Part shown: positions 31,574 to 44,505 of the stretch, piece by piece
How the letters are laid out: each line of letters starts with the position of its first letter
Numbering within the stretch: the stretch's first letter is position 1
DNA from: Malacoraja senta
Lineage: Eukaryota
DNA length: 61,362 nucleotides
NCBI GenBank assembly: GCA_038087875.1
Contig: JAXLNO010000123.1
Location: 1 to 61,362, forward strand
Direction: 5' to 3'
Notes under the pieces: model-generated
What the model saw: only the letters and a program-made list of their open reading frames with translations
Told to the model about the DNA's origin: nothing
Databases searched by the model: none
Made by a program: the position numbers and the translations under genes

Positions 31574-34500
31574 AGACAATAGACGCCAGAGTAGGCCATT
31601 CGGCTCTTCGAGCCAGCACCGCCATTCAATGTGATCATGGCTGATCATCCCCAATCAGGACCCCGTTCCTGCCTTCTCCTCATATCCCCTGACTCTGCTA
31701 TTTTTAAGAGCCCTATCTAGCTCTCTCTTGAAAGCTGCCAGAGTACCGGCCTCCACCGCCCTCTGAGGCGGAGAATTCCACAGACTCACAACTCTCTCTG
31801 AGAAAAAGTGTTTCCTCGTCTCCGATCTAAATGGCTTACCCCTTATTCTTAAACTATGGCCCCTGGTTGTGGACTCCCCCCAACATCGGGAACATGTTTC
31901 CTGCCTCTAGCGTGTCCAAACACATTAACATCTTATGTTTCAAAAAGATAACCTCTCATCCTTCTAAATTCCAGAGTGTACAAGCCCAGCCACTCCATTC
32001 TCTCAGCATATGACAGTCCCGCCATCTCGGGAATTAAACGTGTAAACCTACGCTGCACTCAATAGCAAGAATGTCCTTTCTCAAATTAGGGGACCAAAAC
32101 GGCACACAATACTCCAGGTGTGGTCTCACTAGGGCTCTGTACAACTGCAGAATGACCTCTTTGCTCCTATATTCGATTCCTCTTGTTATAAAGGCCAACA
32201 TGCCATTCACTTTCTTCGCTGCCTGCTGTACCTGCATGCTTACTTTCATAGACTGATGTACAAGGACCCCTAGATCCCGTTGTACTTCCCCTTTTCCCAA
32301 CTTGACGCCATTTAGATAATAATCTGCCTTCCTGTTTTTTATACCAAAGTGGATAACCTCATATTTATCCGCATTAAACTTAATCTGCCATGCATCTGCC
32401 TACTCCCCCAACCTGTCCAAGTCACCCTGCATTCTCATAACATCCTCCTCACAGTTCACACTGCCACCCAGCTTTGTGTCATCTGCAAATTTGCTAATGT
32501 TACTTTGAATCCCTTCATCCAAATCATTGATGTATATTGTAAATAGCTGCGGTCCCAGCACCGAGCCTTGCGGTACCCCACTAGTCACTGCCTGCCATTC
32601 TGAAAGGGACCCGTTAATCCCCACTCTTTGTTTCCTGTCTGCCAACCACTTCTCTATCCATGTCAGCACTCTACCCCCAATACCATGTGCCCTAATTTTG
32701 CCCACTAATCTCCTATGTGGGACCTTATCAAATGCTTTCTGAAAGTCCAGGTACACTACATCCACTGGCTCTCCCTTGTCCATTTTCCTAGTTACATCTT
32801 CAAAAAATTCCAGAAGATTAGTCAAGCATGATTTCTCCTTCATAAATCCATGCTGACTCAGACCGATCCTGTTACTGCTATCCAAATGTGCTGCTATTTC
32901 ATATTTCATAATTGACTCCAGCATCTTCCCCACCACCGATGTCAGGCTAACTGGTCTATAATTCCCTGTTTTCTCTCTCCCGCCTTTCTTAAAAGTGGGA
33001 TAACATTAGCTATCCTCCAATCCACAGGTACTGATCCTGAGTCTATAGAACATTGGAAAATTATCACCAATGCATCCACGATTTCTAGAGCCACCTCCCT
33101 TAAGTACCCTGGGATGCAGACCATCAGGCCATGGGGATTTATCAGCCTTCAGTCCCATCAGTCTATCCAACACCATTTCCTGCCTAATGTTGATTTAACC
33201 ATATAACCATATAACAATTACAGCACGGAAACAGGCCATCTCGACCCTTCTAGTCCGTGCCGAACACGTATTCTCCCCTAGTCCCATATACCTGCGCTCA
33301 GACCATAACCCTCCATTCCTTTCCCGTCCATATAACTATCCAATTTATTTTTAAATGATAAAAACGAACCTGCCTCCACCACCTTCACTGGAAGCTCATT
33401 CCACACAGCCACCACTCTCTGAGTAAAGAAGTTCCCCCTCATGTTACCCCTAAACTTCAGTCCCTTAATTCTCAAGTCATGTCCCCTTGTTTGAATCTTC
33501 CCTACTCTCAATGGGAAAAGCTTATCCACGTCAACTCTGTCTATCCCTCTCATCATTTTAAAGACCTCTATCAAGTCCCCCCTTAACGTTCTGCGCTCCA
33601 AAGAATAAAGCCCTAACTTGTTCAACCTTTCTCTGTAACTTAGTTGTTGAAACCCAGGCAACATTTTAGTAAATCTCCTCTGTACTCTCTCTATTTTGTT
33701 GACATCCTTCCTATAATTAGGCGACCAAAATTGTACACCATACTCCAGAATTGGCCTCACCAATGCCTTGTACAATTTTAACATTACATCCCAACTTCTA
33801 TACTCAGTGCTCTGATTTATAAAAGCCAGCACACCAAAAGCTTTCTTTACCACCCTATCTACATGAGATTCCACTTTCAGGGAACTGTGCACAGTTATTC
33901 CAAGATCCCTCTGTTCACCTGCAACCTTCAATTCTTCTGTCACCCCAGATCCTCTGGCCACTACTATATCAGGAAGATTGTTTGTGTCCTCCTTAGTGAA
34001 GATGGATCCAAAGTACCTGTTCAACTCATCTGCCATTTCCTTGTTCCCCATAATAAATTCACCTTTTTCGGTCTTCAAGGGTCCAACTTTGGTCTTCACT
34101 AATTTTTTCCACTTCACATACCTAAAGAAGCTTTTACTATCCTGCTTTATATTCTTGGCTAGCTTACCTTCGTACCTCATCTTTTCTCCCCGTATTGTCT
34201 TTTTGGTTATCTTCTGTTGTTCTTTAAACATTACCCAATCCTCTTGCTTCCCGCTCATCTTTGCTACGTTGTACTTCTTCGCTTTAATTTGTATACTGTC
34301 CCTGACGTCCCTTGTCAGCCATGGTCGTCCCTTTCTCCCCTAAAATCTTTCTTCCTCCTAGGAATGAACTGATCCTGCACCTTCTGTATTATTCCTAGAA
34401 ATACCTGCCATTTTTGTTCCACTGTCATCCCTGCTAGTGTATCTTTCCAGTTAACTTTGGCCAGCTCCTCCCTCATGGCCCCATAGTCCCCTTTATTCAA

Positions 34501-34652
34501 CTGCAACACTGCCACCTCCGATCTACTCTTCTCCCTCTCCAATTGTAGATTAAACCTGACCATGTTATGGTCACTGCCTCCTAATGGCTCATTAACCTCG
34601 AGGTCCTTTATCAAATCCGATTCATTACATAACACTAAATCCAGAATTGCCC
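31574..34652 (-). mobile_element. Decayed CR1 ORF2 and 3' end, split by another CR1
   Basis: Colinear EN-linker-RT fragments; EELK|..IRQEM junction at ~33926/33190. Confidence 0.9.
33197..33925 (-). mobile_element. CR1 of a different family (HER1-like tail)
   Basis: EQRDLGITVHSSLKV..RGNMRGNFFTQRVV; tail gcctgtttccgtgctgta followed by (TATGGTTA)n. Confidence 0.88.
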
Positions 34653-35430
34653 CACTGCAAACGGTTGTTGGTGGTGGTAACTGCTTTGAAATGAAGTGGT
34701 AGGTAACTGCACTTGAATTTGGTGGCCTTGCACCCTGCTTGAAATGGCATGAACCTGCATTTGAATTTGGTGGCCTTGCACCCTGCTTGAAATGGCATGA
34801 AACGGCATTTGAATTTGGTGGCCTTGCACCCTGCTTGAAATGGCATGAAACGGCATTTGAATTTGGTGGCCTTGCACCCTGCTTGAAATGGCATGAAACT
34901 GCATTTGAATTTGGTGGCCTTGCACCCTGCTTGAAATGGAATTTGAAGGAATAGCCGTGACTCAACTGCTCGCCCACCAGCCGTGAGCGAGCTGCCAGCA
35001 CATCAGGCTTGAGTGACTGAGCTGTCACCCCAAGAATCCATTTGGCCCACAGCGGAGGGTGATGGCTAGGCGCAGGCCTGGTTCCTGTAGCTTTCTCATA
35101 TAGGTGTCTTTTGTTTCAGCAGAGGGCCCATGTTTGTCATTAAACAGGTCAGGGGGTATTCTTGTGATGTTTTTAAAAGCAGACAAATCCTCCTCATGCA
35201 GCACATTTATCAGGTTCTCATACTGTCCAAGCCTGAATCTTCTTTGCAAGAGGGGCTTCATCCACTGAGACCTCTTCTTGTGCTTCCTCTTCACCCTTGT
35301 TCTTGCCCATCAGCCTTTACGCTGCAGAAGCAAAAGTCCTGCTGCAAACAGCAGGAGTTGTATTTTTACTGCCATCGCAGATTAGGTGGCCCAAGTGGGA
35401 CAGCCCCTTTAGTCAGCCACATTCGCCTCA
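34653..35430. repeat. Diverged duplicate of the Helitron-like/48-bp array/Harbinger 5' end module
   Basis: Same junctions as 25650 (caca|gcggaggg) and 26023 (TIR|ttagtcagccaca). Confidence 0.85.
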
Positions 35431-35935
35431 TTCTTCCCTCAGAATCTTTCTTCCTCTTTGGGATGAAAAGATCCTGCAACTTCCAAATTATTCTCAGAAT
35501 CTTCTGCCATTGCTGTTCCACAATCATTCTTGCTTGGATCGCCTTGTACTCAACAATAGCCACCTCCTTACTTATGCCTCTGTAGTTACCTTGACTCTAC
35601 AGTAATGCCATCACATCTGATTTCATCATCTTCTCAAACTGCAGGTCGAATTTTATCATATTATGTCACAAATCCCTAGGGGTTCCTTTACCTTAAGCTC
35701 CCTAATCAAATCCAGTTCTTGCACAACACCGAATCCAGAATTGCCTTTTCCCTGGTCGGCTCAACCACAAGCCGCTGTAAGAAGCCATCTCGCAGTCACA
35801 CTACAAATTCCTTCTCTTGGGATCCAGTACCAGCCTGATTTTCCCAGTCTACCTGCATATTGAAATTCCCTGTAACATGGCCTTTCTTACATGCTGATTG
35901 TATCTCCTGCTGTAATTTGTACTCTTCATCCTGAC
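35412..35935 (-). mobile_element. Older CR1 endonuclease-linker fragment
   Basis: EQQWQKILRII..QDLFIPKRKKDS..WLTK; target of the Harbinger insertion. Confidence 0.75.
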
Positions 35936-36092
35936 TCATGAGCGTCACATCAGTGGTACGGAAGGTATTGAAGAGGATTCTTCAAGATAGGATTTACTCC
36001 CATTTGGAAGAAAATGGGCTAATTAGGGATAGCTAGCATGGCTTTGTACATGGCTGGTCGTCTTATTAACTTGTTTGAGTGGGACAGGCCCA

Positions 36093-36589
36093 TAAGAGTG
36101 CAAAAGAGCAGAGAGACCATCTCTGCTCATACTATAACTCAGCACTGGGCAGTGTGCCGTGGCAGAACTAAGTCATTTGAGGGACAGCAGACAACAGGTA
36201 CACCAGTGCATGAGGAGAACCCACCTGCAGACAAGATCAGTGGATGTTATGTTTAGTTTAAATCCTGCTAACTTTGTTTGATTTCAGTTTAAGTGTGGAT
36301 TTATATTTTCATTTTTGTGTAAATAATTTCATTGCAGATGTCTGTTCATAAAGTGGTATTTATCATGCATCTCCTGGTCTGATTAGTGTAGGTAGATCTG
36401 CAAACATAGCCCTTGAATTCATTGCATTGTCTGTTTTATTGTCAGAATATAGGCTGGTGCTTCATTTGTCAGCTGAATAATAAGAAATACTGGAAAAACT
36501 TCTTTGTGTTTCATTTGCTAATTGAAGTACGGTAAACCCTATTGCAAACCACCGTTGTTTGCTGTGGTGCTCCATTTATTAAGATGTGT
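36093..36589 (+). mobile_element. Harbinger transposase C-terminus and 3' region (most diverged copy)
   Basis: Homologous to ~39860-40360; preceded by a TIR end gagtgggacaggccca|TAA. Confidence 0.7.
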
Positions 36590-39462
36590 ATTGTATGGGT
36601 TTTGTATTGTATCCTAGGTAAGGGGAGTATGAGTGCCAGGGCAGTTTGTTGTTCTGGATGTCAGATGTGGGAGATCAAGGAATCTGACAGCCTTACAGAC
36701 GTCCACATCTGCGCCAGGTGCATCGAGATGGGGCTCCTAAGGGACCGTACTAGGAACCTGGAGCAGCAGCTCGATGACCTCCGTCTGGTCAGGGAGAGCG
36801 AGGAAGTCATTGAGAGGAGTTACAGGGAGGTGGTCACTCCAACACCACAGGAGGCAGGCAAGTGGGTCACGGTTGGGAGAGGCAAGGGGCACAGGCAGGG
36901 ACTAAAGGGTACCCCGGTGGCTGTACACCTTGACAATAAGTATTACTGTTTGAGTACTGCTGGGAGGGACAGCCTACCTGGGGGTAGCGACAGCGGCCGG
37001 GCCTCCGGTATAGAGACCGGTCCTGTTGCTCAGAAGGGTAAGGAAAAGAAGAGGAGGGCAATATTAATAGGGGACTCTATAGTTAGGGGGTCAGACAGGC
37101 GATTCTGTGGACGCAGTCGGGAGACCCCGATGGTAGTTTGCCTCCCTGGTGCCAGGGTGTGTGATGTGTCTCAACGTGTTCAAGATATCCTGAAAGGGCA
37201 GGGAGAGGAGCCCGAGGTCGTGATACATATAGGTACCAATGACATAGGTAAAAAAAGAGAAGAGGTCCTGAAAGGAGAATTTAGGGAGTTAGGAGGGGAG
37301 TTTAAGTGAAGGACCGCAAAGGTAACATCGGGATTACTGCCTGTGCCATGCGACAGTGAGAGTAGGAATGGAGCGAGGTGGAGGATAAATGCGTGGCTGA
37401 AGGACTGGTGCAGAAGGCAGGGATTCAAATTTCTGGATCATTGGGACCTCTTTTGTGGAAGGTGCGACCTGTACAAAAAGGATGGGTTGCACTTGAACCC
37501 GAGGGGGACCAATATCCTGGCGGGGAGATTTGCTAAGGCTACTGAGGAGACTTTAAACTAGAATGGTTGCGGGGAGGGACTCAAATAGAGAATGCTAATA
37601 GACAGTGTGTGAGGCAGGAGGCAGAGAAGGAAAGCACTCAGTCCCAACATGTAGGGGGAAAGAAGAAAACAATAATAAACAGAGAATAAGAGGTGGTGGG
37701 GTTCGTAAATGGGTGAGCAGAGAAACAGAGGGGTGTAAAATGGGGGCGGAAGCAATAGGTAGCAAGGTGAAAAGTAAAAGTGTCAGGCAGACACATCCAG
37801 GGCAAAAATCAAAAAGGGCCACTTTTCAACATAATTGTATAAGGGGTAAGAGCGTTGTAAAAACAAGCCTGAAGGCTTTGTGTCTCAATGCAAGGAGCAT
37901 TCGTAATAAGGTGGATGAGTTGAACGTGCAGATAGCTATTAATGATTATGATATAGTTGGGATCACGGAGACATGGCTCCAGGGTGACCAAGGCTGGGAG
38001 CTGAACATCCAGGGATATTCAATATTCAGGAGCGATAGAAAGAAAGGAAAAGGAGGTGGGGTAGCGTTGCTGGTTAGAGAGGTGATTAACGCAGTGGAAA
38101 GGAAGGACATTAGCTTGGAGTATGTGGAATCGGTATGGGTAGAGCTGCGAAACACTAAGGGGCAGAAAACGCTGGTGGGTGTTGTGTACAGGCCACCTAA
38201 CAGTAGTAGTGAAGTTGGGGATGGCATCAAACAGGAAATTAGAAATGCGTGCAACAAAGGCAAAACAGTTATAATGGGTGACTTCAACCCGCATACATTC
38301 CAAGAAATCCTCTTTCTCAGCACCCCTGCCAATTTGATTCACCCAATCTATATGTAGATTTAAGTCACCCGGGTGAATCAAATTGGCAGGGGTGCTGAGA
38401 AAGAGGATTTCTTGGAATGTATGCGGGATAGTTATCTAAACCAACATGTAGAGGAACCAACGAGAGAGCAGGCTATTCTAGACTGGGTATTGAGTAATGA
38501 GGAAGGGTTAGTTAGCAGTCTTGTTGTGCGTGCCCCCTTGGGCAAGAGTGACCATAATATGGTTGAGTTCTTCATTAGGATGGAGAGTGATATTGTTAAT
38601 TCAGAAACAATGGTTCTAAACTTTAAAAAAGGTAACTTTGAGGGTATGAGACGTGAATTGGCCAAGATTGACTGGCAATTCGTTCTAAAAGGGCTGACGG
38701 TGGATATGCAATGGAAGGCATTTAAAGACTGCATGGATGAACTACAAAAATTGTTCATCCCAGTTTGGCAAAACAATAAATCAGGGAAGGTAGTGCATCC
38801 GTGGATAACAAAGGAAATCAGGGATAGTATCAAAGCAAAAGATGATGTGTACAAATTAGCCAGAAAAAGCAGCATACCAGAAGACTGGGAGAAATTCAGA
38901 GACCAGCAGAGGAGGACAAAGGCTTAATTAGGAAAGGGAAAATAGATTATGAAAGAAAACTGGCAGGGAACATAAAAACTGACTGCAAAAGTTTGTATAG
39001 ATATGTGAAGAGAAAGAGATTAGTTAAAACAAATGTAGGTCCCTTGCAGTCAGAAACAGGTGAATTGACCATGGGGAACAAGGATATGGCGGACCAATTG
39101 AATAACTACTTTGGTTCCGTCTTCACTAAGGAAGACATAAATAATCTGCCGGAAATAGCAGGGGACCGCGGGTCAAAGGAGATGGAGGAACTGAGTGAAA
39201 TCCAGGTTAGTCGGGAAGTGGTGTTGGGTAAATTGAATGGATTAAAGGCCGATAAATCACCAGGGCCAGATAGGCTGCATCCCAGAGTACTTAAGGAATT
39301 AGCTCCAGAAATAGTAGATGCATTAGTGATAATTTTTCAAAACTCTTTAGATTCTGGAGTAGTTCCTGAGGATTGGAGGGTAGCAAACGTAACCCCCCTT
39401 TCTAAAAAGGGAGGGAGAGAGAAAATGGGGAATTACAGACCAGTTAGTCTAACATCGGTAGT
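36590..39462 (+). mobile_element. CR1 with ORF1 and the 5' half of ORF2, 3'-truncated
   Basis: ORF1 zinc finger/coiled coil/esterase; ORF2 CLNARSIRNK, GITETWL; stop at 38925; closely related to 10251-12954. Confidence 0.93.
36629..37561 (+). pseudogene. CR1 ORF1 (Cys-rich, coiled coil, SGNH esterase), disrupted near 37307
   Basis: CCSGC..HICARC, GDSIV, HIGTND, DGLHLN; TGA plus frameshift. Confidence 0.88.
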
Positions 39463-39742
39463 GGGGCCGTTCTTGCCTTCCTCACTACTTCTTTTACCTC
39501 ACTGAGCTTGGGAGGGCTGGTGTCAAATTGATGTCGTGGGGGTGAGATTGGTGGGATGTCAGCGGGGACAAAAATCGGTTCATCTTTTAACATCAGTGTG
39601 GATGGTTCTGATGTGTCCTTCAACCTCCTTTTTTGACGATGATGATATTGCTGGGGTCACGGACAGTGAGGTAGACAATGGCCATAACAGTGTAGATGTA
39701 CAGAGGGATCTTGGGGTCCAAGTCCATAACACAAGTAGCCAT

Positions 39743-39938
39743 GCAGGACAGTGACTTGGTGGACAGCCAAACAGGGAGCATAACACCAGGTGTGTGGAGG
39801 AGTGGTGTATGCGACGTGACTTTGGTATCACTGCAGCATTTTCCAGGTAACACGGGGACTAAGATTGCAAAAGAGCAGAGAGACCATCTCTGCTCATACT
39901 ATAACTCAGCACTGGGCAGTGTGCCGTGGCAGAACTAA
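39743..39938 (+). pseudogene. Harbinger transposase C-terminus (also at 44749-44944)
   Basis: PGVWR..L....GN....AKEQRDHLCSYYNSALGSVPWQ*. Confidence 0.75.
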
Positions 39939-41074
39939 GTCATTTGAGGGACAGCAGACAACAGGTACACCAGTGCATGAGGAGAACCCACATGCAGACA
40001 AGATCAGTGAATGTTATGTTTACTTTAAATCCTGCTGAATTTGTTTGATTTCAGTTTAAGTGTGGATTTTTATTTTCATTTTTGTGTAAATCATTTCATT
40101 GCAGATGTCTGTTCATAAAGTCGTATTTATCATGCATCTGCTGGTCTGATTAGTGTAGGTAGATCTGCAAACATAGCCCTTGAATTCATTGCATTGTCTG
40201 TTTTATTGTCAGAATGTAGGCTGGTGCTTCATTTGTCAGCTGAATGATAAGAAATACTGGAAAAAATGCTTTGTGTTTCATTTGCTAATTGACATGTACG
40301 GTAAGCCCTATTGCAAACCACCGTTGTTTGCTGTGGTGCTCCATTTATCAAGATGTGTAAAAATGGCCTTTATTTATTGAACAAGATGAATAAAGACTGT
40401 TTCACATTCACAGTGCGGTTTGTCTTATTTTCTGAGGTTAAATTATTTTACAATTAAAAAGGCACAGCAAATGATTGTGAGATGTAAGATGTGAGTAGAT
40501 CGCATCCTCTATTTGGTGTTTCATGATGAAGGAAATAGTACATTAAAGTCATGATACTATGGAATTATATTAAAATGAACAAACGGTGAGAATCAAATGG
40601 ATTCTTAAGGTGTTTAACTATCACCCACTACAAAATGTGGGAGTAAGCAAACAAAAACGAAAACAATCTCAAACAGGGAACAAACACCATTAACATACAA
40701 ATAAGAATCTACATCAAAAGATAAACTTTATTACAGACCCATGTCTCTGAGCCTCTCTCTCTCTCTCTCCCTTCATCCACAGCTGTTTCTGTTCGACACA
40801 GACAGCCATCTCCATGTGTGAAAGTGAGTAGGGTTCTCTGGAAAAGAATTAGGAAGTACATGTTAAAAGCTTTTTAGCAGACCATAAAAAGGTGCAGTTG
40901 GGTTATTCCAGATTTTACTGTGAACTTTATGAAAATGTATTATCTTTTAGGGCAAATCATGGACTATTCTTGCATCACATCACTCAAGGAAGATAATTAA
41001 TTTAATGGCCTTATGCGGTTGTGAATGAAAATTATTTAAACTACAATCTAACACAAAATAATATGCTTTGAATT

Positions 41075-41895
41075 GTATAATGTGCATAAATGTGAGGTTA
41101 TCCACTTTGGTGGCAAAAACAGGAAAGTAGACTATTATCTGAATGATGGCCGATTACGAAATGGGGAGATGCAGCGAGACCTGGGTGTCATGGTACACCA
41201 GTCATTGAAAGTAGGCATGCAGGTGCAGCAGGCAGTGAAGAAAGCGAATGGTATGTTAGCATTCATAGCAAAAGTATTTGAGTATAGGAGCAGGGAGGTT
41301 CTACTGCAGTTGTACAGGGTCTTGGTGAGACCACACCTGGAGTATTGCGTACAGTTTTGGTCTCCTAATCTGAGGAAACACATTCTTGCCATAGAGGGAG
41401 TACAGACTGATTCTTGGGATGGCAGGACTTTCATATGAAGAAAGACTGGATAGACTTGGCTTGTACTCGCTATAATTTAGAAGATTGAGGGGGGATCTTA
41501 TAGAAACTTACAAAATTCTTAAGGGGTTGGACAGGCTAGATGCAGGAAGATTGTTCCCGATGTTGGGGAAGTCCAGAACAAGGAGTCACAGTTTAAGGAT
41601 AAGGGGGAAATCTTTTAGGACCGAGATGAGAAAAACATTTTTCACACAGAGAGTGGTGAATCTCTGGCATTCTCTGCCACTGAAGGTATTTGAGGCCAGT
41701 TCATTGGCTATATTTAAGAGGGAGTTAGATGTGGCCCTTGTGGCTAAAGGGATCAGGGTGTATGGAGAGAAGGCAGGTACAGGATACTGAGTTGGAAGAT
41801 CAGCCATGATCATATTGAATGGCGATGCAGGCTCGAAGGGCCGAATGGCCTACTCCTGCACCTATTGTCTATGTTTCTATGTTTCTATGTTTCTA
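41075..41895 (+). mobile_element. CR1 3' end (duplication unit 1)
   Basis: KCEVIHFG to tail; in-frame TAA shared with the 46078 copy. Confidence 0.93.
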
Positions 41896-41896
41896 A

Positions 41897-44505
41897 CATC
41901 TCCAGAGGGCTCAACGGTGATACCTGGCGTCCCAGTTACACCCCCTCAATTCCGTACCCTCCTGTCTTCATCTTGCAGCCCAATTGTTGTCTCTCCTTTT
42001 GATCCAAATCCAATTGCTGATTTTTTTCTGCAGAATTTGATAATTATTTGATTGCTTGTTGGAGGGAGCGACCCCTCACCCCCATTTTCTTTAATAGCCT
42101 GGTCATAGATGTAGCAACAAATCCCCTGCATCCCACTTCGACAGGGAAAATCTTGGTCTTCCAGCCATTCTGGGAAGCTTCAGCTGCCAGTTCAGAGTAC
42201 TAGGTCTTTTTACTCTCATAAGCTTCTTCAACACCATCTTCCCATGGAACTGTCAATTCCACAACGTATGCCAACTTGGCTGTTGTAGACCACAGGACCA
42301 TGTCTGGCCGAAGTGTTGTAGCCACAATGTCTGGGGGAAACACAAGCCTTTTTTCTAAGTCCACTTCCATTTTCCAATCCCAAGCAGGCTGCAGAATGCT
42401 TGCATCCATTGATGTTATCTGGTGCTCTGGAGGTTGGCCTGCTGATACAAATGTTGTGAAGTGGACATTTCCTGCCGATGTTGGTGGGGAAGCATTTGTG
42501 ATCGTTCGCCTCTGTTCAAGGATTGATGACAGCTGTTTGAGGACTTGGTTATGCCGCCAAGTGTAACGCCCTTGGCCGAGGCTCATAGTGCATCCTGTTA
42601 AAATGTGCCTTAGTGATGCAGGTGCTTGGCAAAGGGAGCAAGTGGGGTCTTCTCTGAACCACTGCTTCAGTTCTGGGATGAGGGTAGAACATAAGTGGCT
42701 CTGATGACAAAACTGAGCTGAGATCCTTCCAGTTGCCAGATGTCACGCCAGCTGAGTTTCCTCTTTTCCAGGCTCTTCCAGTTAGTCCATTGGCCCTGCT
42801 TGGCCATTGAGACGGCCTTGGCGTGTCGCTCTGCCTCCTCCCGTCTTCTCACCTCCTCCACCACGAGCCGTCTCTTCTGCACTGATGTTCACTTGTGCCA
42901 TTGAGGAGCTTTTGGGACGAGCCCGAGCCCGGCTCTCCCGTGTTGGTCTTGACCAACCACATCCCGGAAATGAAGAGCAGACTTAGCACTCTGAACGGCT
43001 TCAGATGGGGCCCACTTCCTCCCCGTTGCCAAACTGGGGGCCGCTGTTCGAATAACAGTATCTTCAGATTCAGTGAGGGTCATGACCAACCTTGCTTTAG
43101 TGCATTTGAACTCTTCCACAAGTCCTGCAATGGGTAATTCCAATTTGCCGCTCCCGTACAGTCCGACACCACTTAAGCATCGTGGAAGTCCAAGCCACTG
43201 TTTCACATGTGTGCTGAGCATTCTTTCCAGCTTTTCCACTTTGTTGATGGGGATTTCATACATAGTTAAAGGCCACATGATTCTTGGTAGAATGCCAAAT
43301 TGGAAGCACCACAGCTTGAGTTTTCCTGGTAGCAAGGTCTTGTTGATGTGAGCTATGTGCATGATGGTATCCTTTTTCAGTTGTTCAAACTGCTCGGTGT
43401 CCTTGAGCTTTGTATCATACCATCGGCCCAAACTCTTCACTGGCATTTCTGAAACAGTTGGAACAGGTATTCCGTCAATATGATATCTTTGATCCTTGAC
43501 TTGACCTTTGACAATGGAGATGCTTCTGCACTTGCTGGGTTTAATCTTCATCCTTGCCCATGTGATGTTTTGATGAAGTTTTTCCAGAAGTCTCTTGGTG
43601 CAGGGGATAGTTGTTGTTAGTGTTGTTATATCGTCCATAAAGGCTCGTACCGGTGGCAATCGCTGACCACACTGTAGCCGTTTTCCTCCCACAACCCATT
43701 TTGATGCTCTGATAATGAGCTCCATTGCCATAGTGAAGGTCAATGGGGAGATGGTGCACCCCGCCATGATGCCTACTTCCAGTGCTTGCCACGCTGTGGT
43801 GAAGTCTGATGTTGTGAGACAAAATTGCAGATCCTGGAAGTAGTTTTTTACCAGATTTGTTATTATTGCAAGTACCTGAAAGAATTCAGAAGCAGTCTAC
43901 AGTAGTGAATGAGGAACTGATCCATAGGTGTTGGCCAGATTGAGGAACAAGACATGCAGATTCTTTCGTTCTTTCTTATCAGTCTGGATTTGATGCCATA
44001 TGATGCTGGTATGTTTAAGGCATCCCGAGAAGCCTGCTATGCCAGCCTTTTGGATTGACGTATCAGTGAAATGGTTTTGTTTCAGCTACTTTAAGTCTTT
44101 TCGCCACCACACTGAAAAAGATCTTGCCCTCTATGTTAAGAAGGTTTATTTGCCGAAACTGTGCGATGGTGGAAGAATTTTTTGCTTTTGTGATCATGAC
44201 TCACCCCGCTCTTCGCCAGGCTTTGGGGATGACTTCCTTTTCCCACGCAACCCTCATGTTCCTCCAGAGGAATTTCAGAATATCTGGGGCATTCTTGTAG
44301 ACACAATACGGAACACCATTAGGGCCTGGTGCAGAGGCCGTTCTTGCCTTCCTCACTACATCTTTTACCTTACTCAGCTTGGGAGGGCTGGTGTCAAATT
44401 GATGTTGTGGGGGTGAGATTGGTGGGATGTCAGCGGGGACAAAAATCGGTTCATCTTTTAACATCAGTGTGGATGGTTCTGATGTGTCCTTCAACCTCCT
44501 TTTTT
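41897..44505 (-). mobile_element. HERO/R2-group RLE non-LTR retrotransposon, copy 1 (frameshifted)
   Basis: GIMAGCTISP, AFMDD, RHNQVL, RPDMVLWS, VELTVPWE. Confidence 0.88.

Noticed and set aside
33278..34258. 326-aa CR1-like ORF
   Set aside because: Chimera of two nested CR1s that lacks the RT core.
34315..35028. 237-aa repeat-containing ORF
   Set aside because: The same 48-bp array joined to a CR1 fragment.
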